Source: an uncultured Phycisphaerales bacterium (GTDB lineage: Bacteria; Planctomycetota; Phycisphaerae; Sedimentisphaerales; Anaerobacaceae). Taken from it: a stretch of DNA of 64,000 nucleotides. Numbering within the stretch: the stretch's first letter is position 1; each line of letters begins with the position of its first letter. Location: the NCBI GenBank assembly GCA_963772725.1, contig CAVYYI010000003.1, forward strand, positions 704,001 to 768,000. The letters are read 5' to 3'. Both the position numbers and the translations under genes were made by a program. Shown here one piece after another: positions 57,101-64,000 of the stretch. The notes under the pieces were generated by a model that was not told where the DNA came from, ran no database searches, and saw only the letters and a list, made by a program, of their open reading frames with translations.

Positions 57101-57377
57101 CTGCCAAAACAACTCCGAAAAATACACTGTTTTTGCTTATAAAGTGTTAAAACCGGCTGTTATTATAACATTTAAAGGTTATTTGGTGAACCCGCAAACC
57201 GCCTTTTGAGATTTTTTTCTTAAAGCAAATGCGAAAGGCATTCGATAAAACCTATGAACTGCTTTTTAATATAAACGTAATGGTTATAGGAAACGAACAG
57301 TCAGACGGAAGCGGAATATATATTAGGGAATTTGGGAGTTTTTCCGAAAAACCTGAAAAATAAAAAAGGCAAAAGCA

Positions 57378-58130
57378 ATGATTCGCCAGTTAATCAAATC
57401 AAGGCGTAAATATGTTCTCATCGAGATAGATACGCAGAAAGACTTCTTTTTTACTGACGGCACAGCGTGTGTAAAAAACCATAAAAGGATTTTGTCAAAT
57501 ATTCGCAGGCTAATTGCCTGGGCCCGTTACCGGAAAGTGCCGGTAATTTCGATATGCGAAATACGCTCCGGCCATAACGGTGAGGCTGTTAATTACTGTA
57601 TCGAAGGGACCGACGGCCAGAAGAAGATACATTATACCCTGCTTCCCAACAGGGCAACTTTCACCGCGGACAGCAACCCCGATTTGCCCAGAGACATATT
57701 GCGGCAATACAGCCAGGTTATCCTGCATAAGCGCTGCGTTGACCCGTTCGATGAGCCGAGAATAGAGCGGCTGCTCAGCGAGGTGGACGCGGGCGAGTTT
57801 GTTTTGATAGGCGCAGGCGCAGAGAGTGCTATTAAAGCTACTGCCCTGGGGCTTCTGCAACGAGGCAAAAGGGTGCGCATCGTCATTGATGCCGCTGGTA
57901 TGCACAATAAAAGAGATGCAACGCTCGCTCTTCGCAAGATAAGAGCCAAAGGCGCAAAACTTACAGAGACTAAAAACCTCGCGGGGACTTCTCATCTCAA
58001 ATCGCCCTCAGCCTGCGAGTGTATGAACTGCAGAAGCGAGAAAATGCCCCTGAAACTCGTGCGGAATATTAAGATTTTGCAGTACCTGCAAAGCAAGAGG
58101 GGGCGGGAAACCCGCAATTCTACATATTAA
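57378..58130 (+). CDS. isochorismatase/nicotinamidase-like hydrolase
   Basis: IDTQKDFF, CIEGTDG, TALGL...G..V..V.DA; the catalytic Cys position looks altered (GAESAI). Confidence 0.75.
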   Translation: MIRQLIKSRRKYVLIEIDTQKDFFFTDGTACVKNHKRILSNIRRLIAWARYRKVPVISICEIRSGHNGEAVNYCIEGTDGQKKIHYTLLPNRATFTADSNPDLPRDILRQYSQVILHKRCVDPFDEPRIERLLSEVDAGEFVLIGAGAESAIKATALGLLQRGKRVRIVIDAAGMHNKRDATLALRKIRAKGAKLTETKNLAGTSHLKSPSACECMNCRSEKMPLKLVRNIKILQYLQSKRGRETRNSTY

Positions 58131-58361
58131 ACTTTGATTCTCTGAACTCTCAAACTGACCATCGGTCAGTTTGAGCGAAAGGTATTTTGTAATGGGTCAG
58201 TTATGGGTGGGCAGGTGCATGTTATGATGAGTCGGGACGGAAGAGAACTTTGGAAAGGTCTATATCAGGCTGTTCGGCAAATTTGTTGAGAGCAGACTTG
58301 AAGGCATCAACAACATCCGGACATCTTTTTCGCATAGTATGTAATACCGTCATAAGAATCT

Positions 58362-58436
58362 CACGCGGTAATCGCGACAAGCGAAGCGGCGCTTTATGCC
58401 AACATCATTCTCAAAAAGGGCGTGATTAAGTCGTAA
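58362..58436 (+). pseudogene. remnant of RbsD/FucU (L-fucose mutarotase)
   Basis: HAVIATSEAALYANIILKKGVIKS* matches the family C-terminus; upstream reading frame broken. Confidence 0.7.
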
Positions 58437-58466
58437 AACACTTTTTGCCCCATTAAACAATCACCC

Positions 58467-58495
58467 AAAAGCCCCTTTTATGAGGGGCTTTTTTA
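58467..58495 (+). terminator. bidirectional-type intrinsic terminator
   Basis: AAAAGCCCCTT-loop-GAGGGGCTTTTTT. Confidence 0.8.
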
Positions 58496-58596
58496 TTTAC
58501 TTATGGTTTGCAGTTCGTAATCGAGGCTTTACATTATTTTAAGGTTTGTCCTTGCAATTTGCCGCCGGGGGTATTAAACTATCGTCTTGATTCTAA

Positions 58597-58679
58597 GGGT
58601 CGGTGCCCGAGTGGCCAAAGGGGATGGGCTGTAAACCCATTGGCGTAAGCCTACGTTGGTTCGACTCCAACCCGGCCCA
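58597..58679 (+). tRNA. tRNA-Tyr(GTA)
   Basis: Acceptor GGGTCGG/CCGGCCC-A, anticodon loop CTGTAAA, long variable arm, GTTCGAC. Confidence 0.97.
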
Positions 58680-58747
58680 TTTGTTGTCGTTTTGCACACT
58701 CTCGCGAGGTGTCGCAAATTCGTGCTTATTTTCGCGACCACAAGAAC

Positions 58748-59155
58748 TTATAGCATGTTCATCTTGTGTATCGTGCAAGGCTGTTCAGTGTGTTGCTGCG
58801 CCGCATTTTGCGACTTTTCCTGCGCCTCTTTTTCAGCCTCATTTACAGCTATTGGCAACCGTGACATTGGCCATGACTCATTAGTACCACCGTCGGGGCT
58901 TCGCCGCATATTCGCCGCAAAATCATTCAGCCTTGTTCCGCCTGATACAGGATTTTTTAACATAGCATCATGAAAAACCGGTAAAAGTTCCGAAGAAAGA
59001 CAAACTTCATATTCTTTGTGCTGTTCTTCCCGCCATATCGAGCGGTAAGCCCAGTTCGGGTCATGATGATGGTCGTCATCATCATCGTCGCAACTGATGA
59101 ACACAGAAAGCACACACATCATGCAAAATACCCCCTTTGTTATCATACGCTTCAT
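58748..59155 (-). CDS. putative lipoprotein with an Asp/His tract
   Basis: VFISC followed by DDDDDDHHHD. Confidence 0.5.
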   Translation of the reverse strand: MKRMITKGVFCMMCVLSVFISCDDDDDDHHHDPNWAYRSIWREEQHKEYEVCLSSELLPVFHDAMLKNPVSGGTRLNDFAANMRRSPDGGTNESWPMSRLPIAVNEAEKEAQEKSQNAAQQHTEQPCTIHKMNML

Positions 59156-59645
59156 CTTGTTATCTGGATTTCCCATATTGTATCCCCTGCTAAACAGCCA
59201 AACCTTCCAATTTTGCGATAATACCAAAATCTTCATCGGATTACAATAATCAGTCTATGAAAAACTGTAGTTAGTATCAAGAGCAAAAGGATTGTTATAA
59301 TAAAAGCCCCTTATACAATCCCACTACCCCTTAGCCAGGATAACTGTGGTTGTGTTGGTTAAAAGCCCGTAGCGGCCGGATTCTTGGCTGAACAGAGGTC
59401 AATATTCCCTGGAAAGTTAATTTTCCAAATTCTTTATCTTCATCTGAAAAGTTTTGCATACGCATTATTGTACCTATCCTTAATGATTGCTCAAACCCGG
59501 GTCAGGTAAACTGGCATCTTCAGCAAATATAATAAAGAAAATCATCACAGAGACCGACAATATTAACGAGTACAGATTATAACAGCAGTTTGACTATTTT
59601 TAACTATTTATGAAGTTTCTTACATTATTTTGAAAGGATTTTAAA

Positions 59646-59717
59646 ATGACTTGCGGAAAAAAAGGCTGTGGAACTAAAAAAGTGGCCAAAAAGGGTAAAA
59701 AGAAAACCAAGAAGTAA
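59646..59717 (+). CDS. 23-aa Lys-rich peptide MTCGKKGCGTKKVAKKGKKKTKK
   Basis: GAAAGGA RBS; downstream hairpin ~59736-59776. Confidence 0.55.
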   Translation: MTCGKKGCGTKKVAKKGKKKTKK

Positions 59718-59913
59718 ACTCAGTATTTTGCTTTCTCTCCTCCTTTTTAGAGTGGTTGCGTACTAAAGGGGGAGATATTTTCATTTTTTGCTGCGAACCG
59801 CATTATAAGCCTCAGCCATTGTTTCAATCGAAGGCTGCAAATACTCAGAAGCGGCCTTCAGGCTCCTGTGACGCGTCTGGTTTTGAACAGCAGGTAGAAG
59901 AAAGGGGAAAACA

Positions 59914-60612
59914 ATGTCTAATATAGATATAGAGACCATTAAATATTATGGAAGAAAAAGGATACATGTAAGAGCCTGGATTGGTATGCTTTTGCTTTTA
60001 GCTTTTGACCTTTCGATAAATATGGATATTAGCCAGGCAAGTCTCGCATGCCTGCTTATTCTCATTATAGCGTTGATTGTTAAAGAGGGGAAATTATCTA
60101 ACAAGATAGCCGCAATTAAGTATATTGATGAATGTATAGAGAACAGATGCAGCGAATACAAGCGAGCTGATGAAATGCTTGCCAAGCTGCTTTCTGAACC
60201 GATGGCCCGCAATGAGCGGCAGCAGGATATTGACCAGCGGCTGAAACAACTTGAGCAATACCGTGACCAAATCGAGCAGCAACTTGAACAGCATCGCTCT
60301 CAACTAACTAAAGCCAATGAACAACTGGAGCTGCAGGTCAAAGAATATAAGAACGCAGAGCAAAAACTTTGCGAGTATCACACTCAGCTTGAGCAGCAGG
60401 CCTCTGAGTTGGCCATGGTTAAAGAGTACAAGAGGCAGCGAGCAGAGGGGCAGAACACACTTATAAAAATAGTGACTGAAGATAATAAGAATATGATGAA
60501 AACCAGTGGTGAGCCAAAAAGGAAGCATATAAAATTGATGAGTTATGCTCGGCCAGATAGCACGGAAGAACTTAGGAAACTGGCTGAAATGGCCAAACGC
60601 CTATCTAAATAG
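59914..60612 (+). CDS. 2-TM coiled-coil protein
   Basis: Two TM helices followed by Q/E/L heptads. Confidence 0.7.
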   Translation: MSNIDIETIKYYGRKRIHVRAWIGMLLLLAFDLSINMDISQASLACLLILIIALIVKEGKLSNKIAAIKYIDECIENRCSEYKRADEMLAKLLSEPMARNERQQDIDQRLKQLEQYRDQIEQQLEQHRSQLTKANEQLELQVKEYKNAEQKLCEYHTQLEQQASELAMVKEYKRQRAEGQNTLIKIVTEDNKNMMKTSGEPKRKHIKLMSYARPDSTEELRKLAEMAKRLSK

Positions 60613-60670
60613 TCGTCCCTGAAAAATAATTTCGTAAACGGCAAAGACCAATCTTGGTCGGTTCAATATT

Positions 60671-62530
60671 TCAGCGGTATCTGATTCTTATCGTATCGGA
60701 GCCGTAGAAGTATTGGCCGGTAGTAAGCGAGCCGACAACAGTAACTTCCAAATCGCTGTTATCGGTTACGTTTTCACAAAATGCCTGCCGGTCAAAAGAA
60801 ACTTCCGCAACAGTGTTGCCCCGCTCATTAGTAAAGACCCTGACACTCTGCGACTTAATGTTCATAGATTCAACAACAGCCGGAATATTAACATTCACCT
60901 CTCCCGGCAGAATGCCCGGAGACAAAGTGAAGTGTGCCTTTACCCATTGGCCGTTACTTTTGGAGTCTAATGTCTGTGGCGTAAAGTTCATTTCGACCTT
61001 TATCGCCGGCAAAACTGTTACATTCACATCATCGGGAGCGGAATCAACTATTCCATCGTTGACAATCAATGCAAAAACGTATTGACCAGCAGAAAGTCTT
61101 GTTCGCAGTATCTGGCCGGTTCCTGGAGCAAGGTCGTATTCAGGATCCCAGTTCAGCGATGCCGAGGTATTTAGCCAATTCTGGCACAGAATTGACAAAT
61201 CAGAAATGGGAGACCCGTCTTTGGGATTTTTTATATCAATAGCGGCTAAATCGAGGAAATTGATTATTCCATCACCACATGAAGTAAAACTATTGCCGTC
61301 CGCAGACCATGCCCAGCGGTAGCTCAGCGGCTGATTATCGTCGTCATATGAACCCGAACCGTCGAGTATTATTTCGGCAAAGCCGTCAATCCATGCGTAA
61401 GCCGTGAGGTCTTCACCGGCATCAGCGACAGGGAGATGATTGAATTCACAAGCCCCCATATCGATCCTGCCGGCGATGATGCGGGGTTTCCCATCGAAAT
61501 CAGTTTTGTTTGGAGAAGCGATATAATTGGGGTCGCCGGCGTTTATGCAGGGCGAATTGTTGAGCAGATTGTAATCACCGTCAATCCAGAAGTCGTCATT
61601 TGAATCCGCCGGTGTGTCGTTGATGTCCCAGTATCCCGGTGTCACAAAACACGGGTCAGCGTCGATATTGCCGATACCCTGCCAGCCGCCTTGCATATTG
61701 GTGTACATAACAGAAGCATTAAAAGTACTTTGGGGATAAGACGCAATTTGATTAATTTTATTATCTCTCAGGATAGAATTTGTAATTGTCAAAATATTCG
61801 CTAACACGCCCAATTGGCCATTTCCTGTAATTGTACAATTAGCGATTTTTTCAATCTTGCCGATAATCCCGGATTCTTTGTTTCTTGAGACGATACAATT
61901 GGTCAGTATCGAACCGCAACCGTCGTTGACGCCTGATTTCCCATTTTCTGAAATTCTGCAGTTATTAACTAAGAAATTACCATAGCCGCTAAGTAGTATG
62001 CCATTACCATTGTTTTTAACAATGTCGCAATTGGTAATTGTAGAATATACCAGTCCCTCTCCGTAGATACCGTGACTTCCGCCTGTGATTGTAAAGCCGC
62101 TCAGGATACTTTTTTGTTTTTCCTTGTTTACAAAACTCACAACCCCTTTGGAACTATTTCCCTTGATTACTGTAACCGCGGCAATATCGCGGTCGTAAGG
62201 GTCTATTGACCTTAGGGTCAAGTCTTTTCCTTTGAAATCAATGCTTTCGTGATAGACTCTAGGCTTGACCATAATCTCGTTGCCTGGTTCAGCGGCAATA
62301 ATCGCGTGCTGTATGTAGTCATACTTGTTACCTGTGGTCAGATTCTCAACAGGTCCATCAGCAATAGAATAGGTTATTTTGAAGGACATACCTTTGGCTT
62401 TGTCGTACAAGCCGGTGAGCCATATAACAGTATCACCATCGATTGCCGGGGCACAGCCGTATGGAGAACCGGACAGAGGTATATCCAGCATAAGATGGCG
62501 GCCCAGACTTAAAATAAGCATCTTTTTCAT
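60671..62530 (-). CDS. secreted parallel beta-helix protein with PKD-like domain
   Basis: IQHAI, YHESIDFKGK, GFTITGG, GNIDADP.F, SPCINAGDP, IDMGA.E, PVADAG.D. Confidence 0.8.
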   Translation of the reverse strand: MKKMLILSLGRHLMLDIPLSGSPYGCAPAIDGDTVIWLTGLYDKAKGMSFKITYSIADGPVENLTTGNKYDYIQHAIIAAEPGNEIMVKPRVYHESIDFKGKDLTLRSIDPYDRDIAAVTVIKGNSSKGVVSFVNKEKQKSILSGFTITGGSHGIYGEGLVYSTITNCDIVKNNGNGILLSGYGNFLVNNCRISENGKSGVNDGCGSILTNCIVSRNKESGIIGKIEKIANCTITGNGQLGVLANILTITNSILRDNKINQIASYPQSTFNASVMYTNMQGGWQGIGNIDADPCFVTPGYWDINDTPADSNDDFWIDGDYNLLNNSPCINAGDPNYIASPNKTDFDGKPRIIAGRIDMGACEFNHLPVADAGEDLTAYAWIDGFAEIILDGSGSYDDDNQPLSYRWAWSADGNSFTSCGDGIINFLDLAAIDIKNPKDGSPISDLSILCQNWLNTSASLNWDPEYDLAPGTGQILRTRLSAGQYVFALIVNDGIVDSAPDDVNVTVLPAIKVEMNFTPQTLDSKSNGQWVKAHFTLSPGILPGEVNVNIPAVVESMNIKSQSVRVFTNERGNTVAEVSFDRQAFCENVTDNSDLEVTVVGSLTTGQYFYGSDTIRIRYR

Positions 62531-62804
62531 TTTCGTACACCTCCAAAGTACCTCAAACAATAATTTAAGGAAATACCGCTTTTTCTAAATAAGACGCTAA
62601 ACCATCGCATTTTGTTACAATAATTTTTGCGTTTTTTTAAAAATTTTATCAACTCGCTGCATATTGCGTAAATATCACAGGAAAAAATGGTTAAAATTAT
62701 GAAAGTTAATACTCATTATTCACCGCCAATGGCACAGCCCGAAGAGATAATTATAATATAAAGAGTTATAGCAACAATAATAAACAGTGTAAATCCGTGG
62801 TTAA

Positions 62805-63277
62805 CCCAACTTTCGCAGTTTGGGCGGTAAATTGCGATTTTCAAAAATTCTTATCCGTGTAGCGTTTTAAAATCGCCATAAATGTTCCAAAACCCTGTGT
62901 GGTGAAGCCCTGCTCTATTGCAAGGCTGTTTTTATGATGCCAAACTATCGGCATGTTCCTGAGAAGTTACAAACGCAAAAAGAACGGCAAATGGCACGAG
63001 TACTTCAGTGTCGTCGAGAACCGCAGGGTTACGCCTGACAAGACGGTTCAACGGACAGTTCTTTATCTTGGTGAAATAACCTCATCGCAGGAAAACAGAT
63101 GGCGCAAAACCCTGGAGGTTTTCGACGAAGATACAGGCAAACATGAACAAAAGCTGCTCTTCGCCGAAGATATATCTACCTGTAGCAGACCGGTTGAATG
63201 ATGATTTTTGTGGTGGAAACTAACCCCGCTGACGCTGCCGAAACCGCCGATTTTAATGCCTAACTGCGAAAGTTGGG
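62805..63277 (+). mobile_element. internally deleted IS1634-like element
   Basis: 16-bp IRs CCCAACTTTCGCAGTT; truncated ORF 62953-63201 MFLR...KNGK.HEY.S.VEN.R...TVQRTVLYLGEI. Confidence 0.85.
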
Positions 63278-63373
63278 CTAACCTTGTCCCCGCATATGTA
63301 TATAAATAAAAGAGAAAATTTATGAAACGCCTGTCTCATATAGCTGTATTGTGTGAGGCGAAAGTGCTGCACC

Positions 63374-63565
63374 TTACTTCTCTTCAGCTTTTTTTGCGGC
63401 TTTTTCACGCTGAATAGCGTCAAAGACTTCCCTTCTGTGTACCGGTACATCTTTAGGCGCAGTTATACCCAGGCGAACTTTGTCACCTCGTACGTCCACG
63501 ATGGTAATCTCAACATTATCGCCGATTATTATAGATTCATCTTTTTGTCTGCTCAGAACCAACAT
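63374..63565 (-). CDS. csrA: carbon storage regulator
   Basis: MLVLSRQKDESIIIGD...VRLGITAPKDVPVHRREV. Confidence 0.97.
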   Translation of the reverse strand: MLVLSRQKDESIIIGDNVEITIVDVRGDKVRLGITAPKDVPVHRREVFDAIQREKAAKKAEEK

Positions 63566-64000
63566 TTTTTCAACTCCTTTTGCCAGTTGGTCTTATCACT
63601 AATAATACGATACAAGCCGCTTAGAAGTTCTGATAAGACTCCGCCCGCTTATCCTGCGGCGGCCAGGTTCAAAAAATGCACAGTATCACACAGCATAATT
63701 TGAACTCAATATTCTTTTCGGCTAATTTTGAAGGTAAAAACAACCATTTTTCGGGCGTATTCGGAATTGACAATCTTTTATGGGACTATGGCTGTATAAC
63801 AGCTTTTCAAATAAGCACTTATAAAAAACCTATTTTAAAAAAGATATAAAAATTTAATCGTTAATTTTCGTGTTTTCGCCAAAACTGATACCGTACAGCC
63901 ATCCAGTAACCGGTTATCGCGCCAAGTGAACCCAGTGCCGCTATCTGCAGAGGCAAAATAGAAAGTACGGAGTTTGAAAAGAAGTACAGGGGCTGGTTGC

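Noticed and set aside
58190..58470. Structured ncRNA (6S or RNase P)
   Set aside because: No diagnostic motifs; better explained as a fucU remnant

Overview
Bacterial chromosomal window, most consistent with a Planctomycetota (Phycisphaerae/Sedimentisphaerales-like) genome. This is inferred from gene content, and frequent single-base indels split many genes, probably as long-read errors. (1) 0.1-22.2 kb: an ISAs1 element, a PEP-CTERM protein and a GC-richer secreted-CAZyme cluster (four GH29 fucosidases, GH106, GH43, DUF2961/GH172-like, MGH1/GH63-like, esterase, FAD oxidoreductase, FGE-domain protein) assembled from re-used RBS/signal-peptide and gene-end blocks. (2) 22.3-39.5 kb: a co-oriented minus-strand phage-derived module (HTH, ABC ATPase, GNAT, ParB, replication initiator with an internal 11-bp iteron array, helicase-loader-like, TerS-like HTH, TerL). 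It has no integrase or structural genes here and is interleaved with rpiB, a phosphodiesterase, TspO, two IS5 elements and small AT-rich islets, two of them bounded by duplicated 3' ends of the upstream gene. (3) 39.8-45 kb: promoter-bearing cassettes, an MNT-HEPN pair, tmRNA and a Fic protein. (4) 45.5-64 kb: core-like genes (Rne/Rng, ECF sigma/anti-sigma divergent from a PilB/PilC/pilin cluster, ferric reductase-like, trmB, isochorismatase, tRNA-Tyr, beta-helix protein, mini-IS1634, csrA). All family assignments are by eye from motifs; no searches were run.
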